From contig CM075989.1 of NCBI GenBank assembly GCA_038087875.1, positions 20,586,001 through 20,650,000 of the forward strand: DNA of 64,000 nucleotides, given 5' to 3'. This DNA is from Malacoraja senta (lineage: Eukaryota). Below the pieces are notes generated by a model, which was not told the origin of the DNA, did not search any database, and worked only from the letters and a program-made list of their open reading frames with translations. Positions 39,279-53,201 of this stretch are shown one piece after another. The first letter of the stretch is position 1, and each line of letters starts with the position of its first letter. The translations under genes and the position numbers were made by a program.

Positions 39279-41369
39279 TGGTGATTGCTGCTCTAATATT
39301 CATTGTGGTGATTTTTGTACGACTTGTTATTGAGTGGGCGAGTCAAATGGCGTACTTCCTAGTTCTTATGCTGAAGAGCAAACGACCTTTTTGAGAATTA
39401 ATTAAATTCCATGGATCTCAAGAGGCAGGTTTTCTTATCAACGTGCCCGTTGAACCTCCCCATCACCTGTTGTGAAAGACAGGACTTAAACGATATTGTA
39501 TTTAGTTAATAAAAACAACATGTTGGAAACATCGCAACGAGTCGGCAGCTTCTGTGGGAAGATGAGCAGAGATAATATTCCCAGTCAAAAACCCTGGAAA
39601 CATTTCGAGTTTGCAGTTGCAGTTTTTAATTTTTAATCAAGGTCTTTTGAAGAAAAGTGTCCTGGTTAGAATGAGCTCTCATCATGTTCTTCAAAGTTCA
39701 TTCAAAGGTTTCAGGCTGTTGTGACTCACTACATACCAGTCTAGATCTGCTCTAATCAAATCCTTATTGATATTATTGTTCAGTATCCTTGCTGAGATGC
39801 TAAATAAAACTGGGTATCATCAGCTTTCCAGACCAAGGCTTTGGTTCAGATCTTCCATTTGAAAGCTGAGAGCTTAACCCTCTTAATTGGCATCAAACTC
39901 TGGATCCCCATGGATGGACTGAAGTACCACCCTCCACTTTATAGGTGTTGGCATCTTGAATGCTTTCACCAAAGAGTTCTTCGTGCAGTTGAAAGGAGAG
40001 GCACCAAGTACCTCAGATTTCCCATCTGAAATGGTGTTCATTGAATCTTTTGCCAGGTTTGGTGGCCATGTGATACTTAGAGAGGCCCTGTGCAGAAGAT
40101 CCATACATTGTCCAGCAGCACACAACTCACATTAACCCTCGACAAGGTCCGTACTGACGAACAATAAAGTGACTTCTCAAGCACATTTTCAGGAGTTAAT
40201 AAACGTAATTTATCCTTTGGTCGTGGAGTCATACAGCACGGCAACAGGCCCTTCGGCCCAACTAGCCCATGCTGGCCATGATGCCCCCATCAGTTGCAAA
40301 GTGGTTTATTAGACAGTCAGATCCTTTTTTTCCCCAGGGTGAAAATATCAAAGACTGGAGGGCATATCTTTAAGGTGATTCAAGAGAGTTTATTGTCATG
40401 TGTCCCAGATAGGACAATGAAATTCTTGCTTTGCTTCAGCACAACAGAATATAGCAGGCATAAATAAATACAGAACAGATCAGCGTGTCCATATACCATT
40501 ATATAAATATATACACACATGAATAAATAAACAGATGGTAAGAGAGGCAAAGTTTAAAGGAGATGTGTTGGACAAGTTTACACAGAGAATGGTGGGTGCC
40601 TGGAAGATACTGTCATACAGCAGGTGGTGGTGGAGGCAGATACAATAGTGGTATTTAAGAGGCCTTTAGCCTGGCACATGGATTTGCAGGGTATGAGGGA
40701 TATGGACCACCTGCAGGCAAAGGAGCATAGTTGATCGTAGTATCTTGCCATTACGTTTGGCAATGGCATTGTGGGCCGAAGGGCCTGTTCCAGTGCTGTA
40801 CTGTTCTATATTGTAATACTGAATTTCAAGGAATGGTGACATTGTGGAAGCTGGTGCCGATCACAAAGAGCTGGGGTAACTCAACGGCTCAGGCAGCATC
40901 TCTAGAGGACATTGATATGAGACGTTTTGGAACAGGAACCTGAAAGCTGTATGTTTTAGTTAGAATACGATGGAAATTGCAATTAGCCATCCAAAAAGTG
41001 CTCCAGGTGCATTATCATGACTGACAGTATCAGACCAAGCATCACTCGATGGGGTCCATCATCATATTCCATTACCTTATTTTTCTGGAATCTCTCACCT
41101 GAGCATTTGGGCAGCTGATGGGGTGAATTTGCACGGAATTGTGAAGAGCAGTCATTTGTGACTCATCCAATCGAGAAAGGCAAATTGAATAAATTTGCAA
41201 TATAAGTGATTAAGAGCAAGAGGAATTCATGTACTGACATAACTAAAAGCCTGTGACACCCCCACAAGGAGTAATAGAAAATCTAATTAATGTTGATCTT
41301 TATCTTAAAGCAACAATTGGAATTCAGATCCTTTGGTAATGCAAACACCTTGTCAAAGTCTGGTGTACT

Positions 41370-41668
41370 TTAGTTTAACTTAGAGATACTGCGCGGATAC
41401 AAGCCCTTCAGCCCACCGGGTCCGCGCAGATCAGCGATCCCCGCACACTAACATACACACACTAGGGACAATTCACATTCTTACCAAGCCGATTAGCCTA
41501 CAAACCTGTATGACTTTGAAGAGTGGGAGGAAACCAGAGATCCTGGAGAAATCCCACGCAGGTCACTGGGAGAAGGTACAAACTCCGTACAGACAGCACC
41601 CGTACTCAGGATCGAACCTGGGTCTCTGGCGCTGTGAGGCAGCAACTCTACCGCTATGCCACCATGCC
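41370..41668 (-). mobile_element. HE1-like SINE, near full length
   Basis: Homologous to 23140-23425 over its length. Confidence 0.8.
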
Positions 41669-42692
41669 ACTTCTCTTTGTTACGGGCATAAAGTAACAAC
41701 AGAGAAATAATGGCCTTGGGGATGGGGGGATATAGTTCAGATTGAACAGAATGGAGCTGGAATTGAAGAAGATGAGATTCATAAATCCATTAGTTTAAAC
41801 GTCCGAGGGGAAGGTTGTTGAAAGTAATAAGGAGATTTGACAGAACATTTATAGGGACAATTTGTCCTCTCGAAGGAATTCGGAACAAAGTGGCGCAATC
41901 CTAAAGTTCCTTTGGCAGCAAAATTTGCTCACACTTTGATTACACAACTATAGTGGAAATCTGAAATACGGTTCTCCTAAAGTCATGGATTTTGGGTTAA
42001 ATGATTTGGAATTTTGGAATTTGGATTTGATGGATGTTTAGTTTATTGTCACGTATACTGAGGTACAGTGGAAAGCTTTTGATGCGTGAAAACCAGTCAG
42101 TGGAAAGACAATACATGATAACAATCGAGTCATCCACAATGTGCAGTTACATGATAAAGGGAATAACGTTAAGTGGAAAATAAAGCCTGTAAAGTCTTAT
42201 CTCTTTCTATTGTAACAAGGCTCTTCGGCCCAATTTCCCCGCGCCGACCAACATGCCCCATCTACACTAGTAGATCTTTAACGAGGCAGATAGTAGAATA
42301 GATCAGGTCTTTAATGAGGTAGATGGTAGCTCAGGGCTGCTCTATAGTTGTTGGTAGGATGGTTCAGTTGCCTGATAAAGAGCTGGGAAGAAACTGTCCC
42401 TGCATCTGGAGGTGTCAAAGAGGAAGGCAAGAACTGGGAGCAGGACTAGGACATTTGGCTCTGCCATTCAATATCATATTGTACAAAGATCACTGCATAA
42501 TGAATACCAAGGAAGCACCAATTGCCACCATTCAGGGGGATTTACACCAATGTATCATATTGAGGCAGAGAGGAACCGTGATATCAGTGCGTGTCTATTC
42601 AAGTTTAAAAGGGTCCAACCCTTCTCTTGCATGTATCTTCACATTATGTTAGAATACAGGGAAAATGTTTGAGATGCAGAGCTAGATATTTC

Positions 42693-42927
42693 TGTGCAGG
42701 AAGGAACTGCAGATGCTGGTTAATACCGAAGATAGAGACAAAATACTGGAGCAACTCAGCGGGACAGGCAGCATCTCTGGAGAAAAGGAATAGGTGACGT
42801 TTTGGGTCGGAACCCTCCTTCATACTTAGTCTGAGTCTGCAGAATGGGTCCCGACCCAAAACGTCACCTATTTATTTTCTCCAGGGATGCTGCCTGTCCC
42901 GCTGAGTTGCTCCAGCATTTTGTGTCC
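42693..42927. mobile_element. Penelope-derived fold-back hairpin insertion
   Basis: TSD agctaga(t/c)att at 42680 and 42928, with inverted arms. Confidence 0.8.
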
Positions 42928-45055
42928 AGCTAGACATTCCTTCTTGATTGATATCAGAGCAGATAAATCGAGGCGGAAACTGCTCTGCCAGAATTGTTGT
43001 GTTTTATTTACGAACACAATGTCATAATTTTGTCCTGATTTAATTAATTTCATATTTAGTCATCTGCAACCATGTAAATCAGCTAACTCAGCAAAAGCAA
43101 CTTGAAGAACAAGGGTCTCGACCCGAAATGTCGCCCATTCCTTCTCTCCAGAGATGCTGCCTCACCCGCTGAGTTACTCCAGCATTTTGTGTCTACCTTT
43201 GAAGAACAACGAGGTGATTATATCTAGAGGTTGGAGAAAGAAGAGAGAGAGAGAGAGAGAGCATGTTAAGCAGAGGCTAAACATGCTAAATAAACTGTTT
43301 TTATTGTTAATGCAGTTCAAAACCAGAGTCTGAGGAAGGGTCCTCACCTGATATGTTGCCTGTCCCTTCACTCCCCAGAAGCTGCCTGACCCGCTGTGTT
43401 TCACCAGCACTTTGTGTTTTGCTCAAGACCGCCCTGTTTTCCCCAGTTTCCCCCTGGCCTCAGAGCAGGTGTGATTATTATTATTTTTTCCGAAGGGGTG
43501 CAAAAACAATATATTCCCAGGCATCATCGTGCAGCCAGAATCCACATCGTTTGGGTAATTGTTCTCTTGTTGATCTCCGTCCCCTATGAGGAAGCACCTG
43601 ACCTCTGCTCTGGGTTTTCTACGGAGCACAGTGAGAAGTCAGCAAGTCACCCAGAAACTTGGGGCTCTCGAATGTCGAAGCCACATCCTGCCATTCCGCG
43701 GTGTTACAAGAAGGTGTTTCACAGTGCCTGCTGTGTCATCTGCTTCGCCAACATACATTTTTTAAATTACATTTAAGGTGTATTCTATCATCTCTGCCTC
43801 CAAGGAGCAGGATAAATTCTGTTCGAGAAGTCGTACCACCTGCTCTAACCCAGCTGTTTACAGCTGTCTCCACATCAGCTGGAGATGCGATAATGAGACT
43901 AAGGCATCTGCTGTCCCAGTGGCAAATGGAGATGCAAGACATGTTCTGAATGGGTGATATTGTGAATCTACAGAAACGAGATCTGTTTGTGTTTAAAATG
44001 GCTGCTCACACCTCGGAGTTTATTTTCAGAGGTGAGCTAAACACAAAGTGCTGGAGGAACCCAGCAGGTCAGGCAGCATCTGTACAAGGAGCGGACAGGT
44101 GTTGTGTCGAGTTGGGGGCCATTATAGAGTCATACGGTGCAGAAACAGGCTCTTCGGCCCACTTCGCCCGTGCCGACCAACATGCCCCATCTACACTAGT
44201 CCCACCTGTCTGCGTTTGGTCCATATCCCTCCAAACCCATCCTATTCATGCACCTATTTAAATACCTGCCTCAATTACCTCCTCTGGCAGCTGGTTCCCT
44301 CTTTGTGTTTAAAAAAGAAGTAACCCCTCAGGTTCCTATCAAATCTTTCCAAACCCATGTCCTCTGCTTCTCGATTCCCCTACTCTGGACAATAGACAAT
44401 AAACAATAGGTGCAGGAATAGGCCATTTGGCCATTCAATGTGATCATGGCTGATCATCCCCAATCAGTACCCGCCGTTCCTGCCTTCTCCCCATATCCCC
44501 TGACTCCGCTATTTTTAAGAGCCCTATCTAGCTCTCTCTTGAAAGCATCCAGAGAACCTGCCTCCACCGCCCTCTGAGGCAGAGAATTCCACAGACTCAC
44601 CACTCTCTGTGAGAAAAAGTGTTTCCTCGTCTCCGTTCTAAATGGACAAAGACTTCTTCAGACTGCTCCTCCAGCACTTCATGTTTTGCTCATTATTCCA
44701 GCATCTATCTGTGTCTCTGGACTTATAAAGTTTCATTCTTCACCAGCCAGTTGATGATTTAAGGTTCTTCTACCACGGCAAGTGAAGGATTGGGTGTTTC
44801 CGCACATGGCTGCCCACCTTGCAAGGTTTTGCTGCCACAGGGAGCCACGCAACAAAGACCAGACACTTCCTTGCAGATGGGGTAAAGCAAAACACAGGGT
44901 TCCTCTCAGCCATTCATGTAGATGACTTGCCCGCTAAACCAGTCTGTTGTAGGTGGCACTTAAGAAGCTAGAACACAGTCCTTGCAAAAATACAAAAATC
45001 TTTCAAGAAAGTCTTTCTTGAATAATGGAGAAAGCAATTTAGTTAAAACTATTGT

Positions 45056-45260
45056 GTTTAAGAAGGAACTGCAGATGCTGGAAAATCGAAGGTAGACAAA
45101 AATGCTGCAGAAACTCAGCGGGTGTAGCAGCATCTATGGAGCGAAGGAAATAGGCAACGTTTCGGGCTGAAACCCGAAAGGGAAGGAAATAGGCAACTAT
45201 TTCCTTCGCTCCATAGATGCTGCTACACCCGCTGAGTTTCTCCAGCACTTTTGTCTACCT
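45056..45260. mobile_element. Penelope-derived fold-back hairpin insertion
   Basis: Inverted arms flanked by ttagtt(a/t)aaactat duplications. Confidence 0.78.
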
Positions 45261-45559
45261 TAGTTTAAACTATGTCGGGAGGAACTGCAGATGCTGGTTT
45301 ACACTGCAGACACAAAATGCCAGTGTGACTCAGGCAACATCTCTGGAGAGAAGGAACGGAGTGGCGTTTCGGGTCGAGACCCTTCTTCCGACTGAGAGTC
45401 AGGAGAGAGGGAGACAGAGGTATGGAAGAGTAAGGTGTGAAAATGACAGATCAAAAGACGATGATCAAGGAAGTGTTGAATGGTTCATTGTGAGCTGAGG
45501 GGAAGGTGACAACTAGGCCTCCAATCAGTCAAGATTTAAATTTATAGTTAAAGTTCTGC

Positions 45560-46140
45560 AGCTCTGGTGAGACCACATCTGGTGTGTTGTGTACAGTTTT
45601 GGTCTCCTAATTTGAGGAAGGACATCCTTGTGATTGAGGCAGTGCAGCGTAGGTTCACGAGATTGATCCCTGGGATGGCGGGACTGTCATATGAGGAAAG
45701 ATTGAAAAGACTAGGCTTGTATTCACTGGAGTTTAGAAGGATGAGGGGGCATCTTATAGAAACATATAAAATTATAATAGGACTGGACAAGCTAGATGCA
45801 GGAAAAAAGTTCCCTATGTTGGGCGAGTCCAGAACCAGGGGCCACAGTCTTAGAATAAAGGGGAGGTCATTTAAGACTGTTGAGAAAAAAAAAATTCACC
45901 CAGAGAGTTGTGAATTTATGGAATTCCCAGCCACAGAGGGCAGTGGAGGCCAAGTCACTGGATGGATTTAAGAGAGAGAGTTAGATAGAGCTCTAGGGTC
46001 TAGTGGAGTCAAGGGATATGGGTAGAAGGCAGGCACAGTTATTGATAGGGGACGATCAGCCATGATCACAATGAATGGCGGTGCTGGCTCGAAGGGCCGA
46101 ATGGCCTCCTCCTGCACCTATTTTCTATGTTTCTATGTTT
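45560..46140 (+). mobile_element. CR1-clade (HER1-like) LINE 3' fragment
   Basis: RPHL..CVQFWSP..RKDI..IEAVQRRFTRLIPGM.GLSYEERLKRLGLYSLEFRRMRG, then 3' UTR and (tttctatg)n tail. Confidence 0.9.
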
Positions 46141-46658
46141 GTATGGTACAGATATTGACTGGACACATTTGACAGAATAAGTAATTCCTTGTAGTGCCGC
46201 TCTGATGCTTTAAGTTGTTATATTTAAAGCAGACTTTGCGTGAAGACTGCACAAAAACTGCTTTGACAAACAGTGTTTTCCGTGATGGTTGAGAACTGAT
46301 GAGATATTATTCTGGGATTTATCTCCATTGCTCCCTTGCTTCCAAAAATAGCAAGTGGCAATAACACGACACCCACATTTGTTCAGCAGTCGGGTTGGAA
46401 CATATTGTATACTGTGGGATGTTACTTACAATAGTTGTCGAATGCTCGTCTTTGATAAAAGCTGCTTAGTTTAATTCATGTGGAACTTTCACACGGCTTC
46501 AGTGGATGTTAAATAAACAAAATAAGATTTTGGTTTGGGAAAAAAAATGGAGAAAAATTATTGCTTGACTTTAATAAAAGAGAGAGAAATATTGTCCCAG
46601 TGTGAGATGCATGGGAGTCATTGTGACTGTATGATGGTTTAAAATGGAGAAAAGCATA

Positions 46659-47449
46659 CAGCATATAATCCTCCAACATTTTCACCACCTCCAACGGGAT
46701 CCCACTACTGGCCACATCTTCCCATCTCCACCCCTTTCTGCTTTCCACAGAGACCGTCCCCACCGCAACTCCCTGGTCAACTCGTCCCTTTCCCACCCAA
46801 ACCACCCCCTCCCCAGGTACTTACCCCTGCAACTGCAGGAGGTGCAACACCTGTCCCTTTACCTCCCCCCTCGACTCCATCCAAGGACCCCGACAGTCTT
46901 TTCAGGTGAGGCAGAGGTTCACTTGCACCTCCTCCAACCTCATCTATTGTATCCGCTGTTCCAGGTGTCAACTCCTGTACATCGGCGAGACCAAGCGCAG
47001 GCTCGGCGATCGTTTCGCTGAACACCTCCGCTCAGTCCGCCTTAACCTACCTGATCTCCCGGTTGCTCAGCACTTCAACTCTCCCTCCCATTCCCAATCT
47101 GACCTGGGCCTCCTCCATTGTCAGAGTGAGGCACAGCGCACATTGGAGGAACAGCACCTCATATTTCGCTTGGGCAGCTTACACCCCAGCGGTATGAACC
47201 TTGACTTCTCTAACTTCAAATAGCCCTTGCTTTCCCTCTCTCTCCATCCCCTCTCTCTCCATCCCCTCCCCCTCCCAAGTTCTCCCATCAGTCTTACTGT
47301 CTCCGATTACATTCTATCTTTGTTCCGCCCACTCCCCTGACATCAGTCTGCAGAAGGGTCTCGACCCGAAACATCACCCATTCCTCTCCAGAGATGCTGC
47401 CTGTTCCGCCGAGTTACTCCAGCATTTTGTGTCTACCTTTGATTTACAC
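46659..47449 (+). mobile_element. Penelope-like element 3' fragment with Cys-rich linker, GIY-YIG endonuclease and 3' terminal repeat
   Basis: Frame 46801-47223 reads PGTYPCNCRRCNTC...NLIYCIRCSRCQLLYIGETKRRLGDRFAEH...HFN...GMNLDFSNFK. Frameshifted relative to the upstream segment. Ends in the same terminal sequence as the short repeats. Possible TSD aaagcata (46651/47450). Confidence 0.88.
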
Positions 47450-48009
47450 AAAGCATATTGCGAGCCTGTTATACAACGCTTCTAATTCTATGATATTCTA
47501 TCACTAACAATCAGCATTATGTCATCCAAATATATTTGAGGCAAAGTTGGCTTAGTGGTTCTTTTGGTTTGTGACCAATAACCTCTTTCACAAAGACTTG
47601 ATCATTATTTCTCTTAGAATTATTTTTATATGTTTTTAAAAGTGAAGGGCTTGGTTTGCAAAGGTAATCTTTTCATATGCTGATTTAATTTTATAAACAT
47701 TTCAGTCAGTGAATTGCCATTGGGAATTTGTCCCTTATTTTGACCTTTTGTCCCTTATTTGGGAGTGAGAAAGTTGGCAACCCCATGGGAGAGTGAGCTG
47801 GGGTGGGTAGAGAAAGGGTCACTGACTCAACGAGTCAGTCTGCTCAGCACTCCCAGCTCCGCTCCGCTCCACCCTTCGCTGATTGTTGCAGCCCTGGGTG
47901 GGAGGTGCGGTGACTGAAGGCATGAGGAAATGCCATGTTCAAACCGGGCAGAAGTGCCCCTAGCAGCCAGCAAATCCACCTGCTGGTCTCCCAAATGCTT
48001 GTTCATGTG

Positions 48010-48282
48010 TAGTTTGGAGATAGTGTGGAAACAGGCCCCTTCGTGCCAACTAGTGCTCACACATACTTTAGTTCTATCCTGCACACTAGGGAGAATTTTA
48101 CAGAAACCAATTAACCTACAAATATGCACGTCTTTGGAGAAAACTTGAGCATCCAGAGAAAGATATTGCGGTCACAGGGAGAACGTACAAACTCTGTGCA
48201 GTCAGCACCTGTAGTCAGCCTTAAACCCAGGTCTCTGGCGCTGTGAGGCAGCAACTCTACCGCTGCGCCACCATGCCGCCCT
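48010..48282 (-). mobile_element. HE1-like SINE
   Basis: Ends (5' end) in gggcggcatggtggcgcagcggtagag on the minus strand. Confidence 0.8.
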
Positions 48283-49679
48283 TAAATTGGCAATAGTAAC
48301 ACGGAGAGGCTCTTTCACTGGATATTGCTAGCAAACATCTGTTGAAAAGATGAGTGTAAGGTTGGTTAATAACCGGCAGTGAAGATAAAGCCCAGCCACT
48401 TTCTGCTCTGTATATCCCAAGAACAATCTGTAGCTTTGACCCCAACCATCGATTCCTGAAGAAGGGTCCCAACTCAAAAGGCCACTTATCTACCTCCTCC
48501 ACAGATGCTGCCTGACCCACTGTCCCCCCCAGCATTTTGTGCTTTTCTCAAGATTCCAGCATGTGCAGTTCCTTGCTCCTTTCCCCCCCTTTAAAAAAAA
48601 AACTCTTGACCTGTAGAATTAACTCTGGTTTTCCGATCTCCGCAGTTGCTGCCTGAACTGCTGGGTATTTCCAGTACTTGTTCTAGTGTATTGGGGGGGC
48701 CTCTCTGAGCAAGTGAACGAGATGTCCATGTTCATTATTTGTAGGCCTCGGCAAATGGAAAGTTTACTCAAAGGGTAGGCAGAAGGAGCTGTCACCTGCT
48801 TTGTACGTCAAGTTTAGCTTCAAAATGCTGGAGTAACTCAGCGGGCCAGACAGCATCCCTGGAGAGAAGGAATGGGTGACGTTTCGGGTCGAGACCCTTC
48901 TTCTGAAGTAGATGATTCAGAATGCTTCTCTCCAGAGATGCTGCCTGTCCCACTGAGTTACTCCAGCATTTTGTGTCTATCTTCGGTTTAAACCAACATC
49001 TGCAGTTCCTTCCTAAACATCAAGTATAAGATTCATGCTCCAAGCTTTGAAAATGGACTTTTATGGTCTATTATCACCAGGCTAACTGCTGAAGTAAGTG
49101 CCAGCAAGATTTTTGAGAGTTTGGGTAATGCTTTCCAAAGTCCAATTTCTCATGTTTGTTCAAATTATAGATAAAATTGCTGACGTTTCAAATCTCTGGC
49201 AGTGTGGCACATGGAGTGTGTACAGACTTCTGTGGTCTCTTGTACGAATGCACAAAATGGTGGCTCATCCAAGTCTCTGAACTTTAATTGACCATTTATT
49301 TCGTGTGAATAGTTTAAAAAAAAATATTTGCACATCACTTTAAAATGTAATTTTGTTTTTGGTTACTATCCCTAGTTTTAACTTTCGAACACCAAAATTA
49401 CTTTATTGCAGTGTCTGTGTAACTAAGGCGTGATTGAATTTGCAGTTTCCGTATCTGTAAAGCCTCTGAATAGTCGAAGGTTTATTTTGCGCATCTGTAT
49501 TACTTTGTTACATGAACAGTTCCTAATGGCTCAGTCAGTAAATCTGCAACTGCTAAATGGCATCTGACGTTTCCTTCAGTAACCCTGTCATTTTTATACC
49601 CGAGATTTTTATGCACCATGTGAGCTTGTCTCTGGAGTCTCCGTGTAACTATAGCAGGTGGGGAGCAATGTATAGTTTA

Positions 49680-50285
49680 GTTTTAGTATAGTTTAGAGAT
49701 GCAGCGTGGAAACAGGCTATTCGGCCCTCTGAGCCTGCGCTGACCAGCAATCCCCGCACACTAACACTATCCTACACACTAGGGACAATTTTACATTAAT
49801 ACCAAGCCAATTAACTTACAAACCTGTACGTCTTTGGGATGACATCAGCGATCATGGAGAAAACCCACGCAAGTCACGGGGAGAACGTACAAACTCCCTA
49901 CAGTCAGCACCCGTAGTCAGGATCGAACCCAGGTCCTTGGCGTTGCAAGGCAGCAACTCTACCATTGTGCCTCTGCACCGCCCGTTGTTGTGCTGCTTGC
50001 TCACAAAGCTCTCGAAGTGAATGGACTCCATGCCCTTATTTAGCTTTAGTTTTAGCGACACAGTGTGGAAACAGACCCTTCAGGCCACCAACCAGCCCAC
50101 ACACTAGTTCTATCCTACACACCAGGGGAAATTTACAGAAGCCAATTAACCTACAAAGCCGCACGTCTTTGGAATGTGGGTGGAAGGCACGCGATCACGG
50201 GGAGAACGTACGAATTCTGTGCACCCATAGTCAGGATGGAACCCGGGTCTCTGGTGCTGTGAGGCAGCAACTCTACAGCTCCACT
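49680..50285 (-). mobile_element. Two adjacent HE1-like SINEs
   Basis: Copies at about 49680-49982 and 50040-50285. Confidence 0.75.
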
Positions 50286-50624
50286 GATGGTGCCGATGTT
50301 TTCCTCTGATAGATCTTCACAATTACCAAGATACAGAAATGTCAGTCTTTCTTGTACTCAGCAGGACTGCTGTGCACCTATAACAATCTGAAGTGTAATT
50401 GGAGAATTAGAATCATGTTTATATTTTTGATTATATAAGGTCGCAGAATATCCTCTCCCACAATGGAGGCATTGGGTTCAGTATGTTGCCATGCAAATTT
50501 GTCATGTCCAAACATATATGCTGTATGCGATTTTCCTGTTTCAAGGTTGCAGAATAATTTATATTCTTGGTCTCTAGACTACAGTGGGGCCTGCATTGGT
50601 TAAGTCAAGACTATTTAATAGCCC

Positions 50625-51088
50625 ACGAGATTAATCCCTGGGATGGTGGGACTGTCATATGAGGAAAGATTGAAAAGACTAGGCTTGTATTCACTGGAGT
50701 TTAGAAGGATGAGGGGGTATCTTATAGAAACATATACAATTATAAAAGGACTAAGTTTCCCAATGTTGGGCGAGTCCAGAACCAGGTGCCACAGCCTTAG
50801 AATAAAGGGGAAGTCATTTAAGACTGAGGTGAGAAAAAACTTTTTCACCCAGAGAGTTGTGAATTTATGGAATTCCCTGCCACAGAGGGCAGTGGAGGCC
50901 AAGTCACTGGATGGATTTAAGAGAGAGTTAGATAGAGCTCTAGGGGCTAGTGGAGTCAAGGGATATGGGGAGAAGGCAGGCACGGGTTATTGATAGGGGA
51001 CGATCAGCCATGATCACAATGAATGGCGGTGCTGGCTCGAAGGGCCGAATGGCCTCCTCCTGCACCTATTTTCTATGTTTCTATGTTT
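50625..51088 (+). mobile_element. CR1-clade LINE 3' fragment (duplicate of part of 45560-46140)
   Basis: GLSYEERLKRLGLYSLEFRRMRG...NFFTQRVVNLWNSLPQ, with the same 3' UTR and tail. Confidence 0.9.
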
Positions 51089-52394
51089 GTATGGTACAAA
51101 TATTGACTGGACACATTTGGCGAATAAGTAATTCCTTGCAGTGCAGCTCTGATGCTTTAAGTTGTTATATTTAAAGCAGACTTTGCGTGAAGACTGCACA
51201 AAAACTGCTTTGACAAACAGCGTTTTCCGTGATGGTTGAGAACTGATGAGATATTATTCTGGGGACGATCAGCCATGATCTCAATGAATGGCGGTGCTGG
51301 CTCGAAGGGCCGAATGGCCTCCTCCTGCACCTATTTTCTATGTTTCTATGTTTCTGTTTCTATTTCATAAATTCATCAGTCATAGAAGCAGAATTAGGCC
51401 ATTCTGCCCATCAAGTCTACTCCGCCATTCAATCATGGCTGATCTATCTTTCCCTCTCAACCCCATTCTCCCCATAACCCCTGACGCCCTTACTAATAAA
51501 TCTGTACCAACAATGGAACATTAAAAGCATTTGAACGCGCCCTTAAACATAATCCAAACACACAAGTAAAATGATGATTTTAAAAAAATTAATAATCGTA
51601 ATACTAACACAAAAAAACAAACGAGGTCTGTAATCCCTCTCAGATGAAATGAATGAAGCAATTCCATTGCTGGAGTTTCTAACAGTATACTGTGCTTGTT
51701 TTTGAAGTGCTGCGTTATGTAGCTTTATTACACAGAAACAGATTGATATTTCATTCTTGGGAATACAAAATAGATCACAAGGCAAATATCAACCACCGAT
51801 TAATTACTCTCTGCTGTCTTTTCATAGAAATTTACAAGTACTGTGTCTATATTCATAATGTAGTCCAACCCACTCCTGGCTCGAGTCCAAAGTACTTGGA
51901 GCTTTCTAATATTAACCATCATTAAATCTCAAAGTGCTACACTACATCAAGAAAACTCCACATATTACACCTATGTGTGAGAGGCCTATTGAGTAAAATT
52001 GTGTGCAGTGTTTTTTGTAACTGGTACATTGGAAATTAAAGTGATCTGTGTAGTCAAATTTTTGTGTCGTCACATATTTAAGCCTAATTGAACAGATAAA
52101 GTATTAGGATAATTAATATTAACCTTGACCTTCATAACAATAAGGCGGAAAAAGTCTATGAGTGGGCCACTCCTATTTTAATATAAAGAGATTCAATTTT
52201 TTTAAATCATTTTGAACATGTCACTTTGAAAGCTACTAAACGTGTTTAAGGGATTATGTACGAATGATGGGAAAAACTAAAGGAAGGGCTTGCGTTCCGG
52301 TGTGAACAGCTTTACCCTTTAGTACAGGATACGGAGTTATGATTGCTGGTATCATCTATACACCAACACTGACACAGCAGCAGGAAATAGCAGA

Positions 52395-52840
52395 TGGGTT
52401 AACATATGATGAGTGTTTGAAGGCACTGGGCCTGTACTCGCTGGAGTTTAGAAGAATGAGGGGGGTGGTGGGGGACCTCATTGAAACTTACTGAATAGTG
52501 AAAGGCCTGGACAGAGTGGATGTGGGGAGAGTCTAGGACCAGAGGCCGTAGCCCCAGAATAAAAGTACGTACCTTTAGAAAGTGGATGAGAAGGAATTTC
52601 TTTAGTCAGAGGGTGGTGAATCTGTGGAATTCATTGGCACAGATGGCTGTGGAGGCCAAGTTGATGGATAATTTTAGGGAGGAGATTGACAGATTCTTGA
52701 TTAGTACGGGTGTCTGGGGTTATGGGGAGAAGGCAGGAGAATGGGGTTGAGGGGGAAAGATAGATAGATCAGCTAGGATTGAATGGTGGAGTAGACTTGA
52801 TGGGCAGAATATCCCAATTCTGCTCTTAAAACGTATGAAC
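52395..52840 (+). mobile_element. CR1-clade fragment
   Basis: GESRTRG...RRNFFSQRVVNLWNSL plus 3' UTR. Confidence 0.8.
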
Positions 52841-53201
52841 CCATGAACGATGCAAACTTTAAAGACAGATGGATTCTGTCTGCCATGGGAGGTTTGTAGG
52901 TTTATTCTAACATTGCAGGTCAAACTGGTTTTAGAACATCTTTGACATTCATCCCAAGTATGCTTTAGCAGTGTCGGAGAAGGTAATCTTCATCCAGGCC
53001 CCTCCTTACATTGTTGAGCATTGTTTAGCGTGGATTCTGCGATGGGCAAGTTGTGGGCATTTGGCAATGGTGATGTTTGTCGTCATTGCACGCACCACTT
53101 TCAGATGGCATTGGATCATGCAGAGCCATCTGTTAGTCTTATTCCCATGCTTTGCAAAAGGTCCTAGGCAGGTTCCCAAGCATACGTCTGTTTATCTATA
53201 G

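Noticed and set aside
47720..47785. Complete DNA transposon ending in aagttggcaaccc
   Set aside because: Only one hAT-like terminus is visible, with no matching TIR or TSD found.
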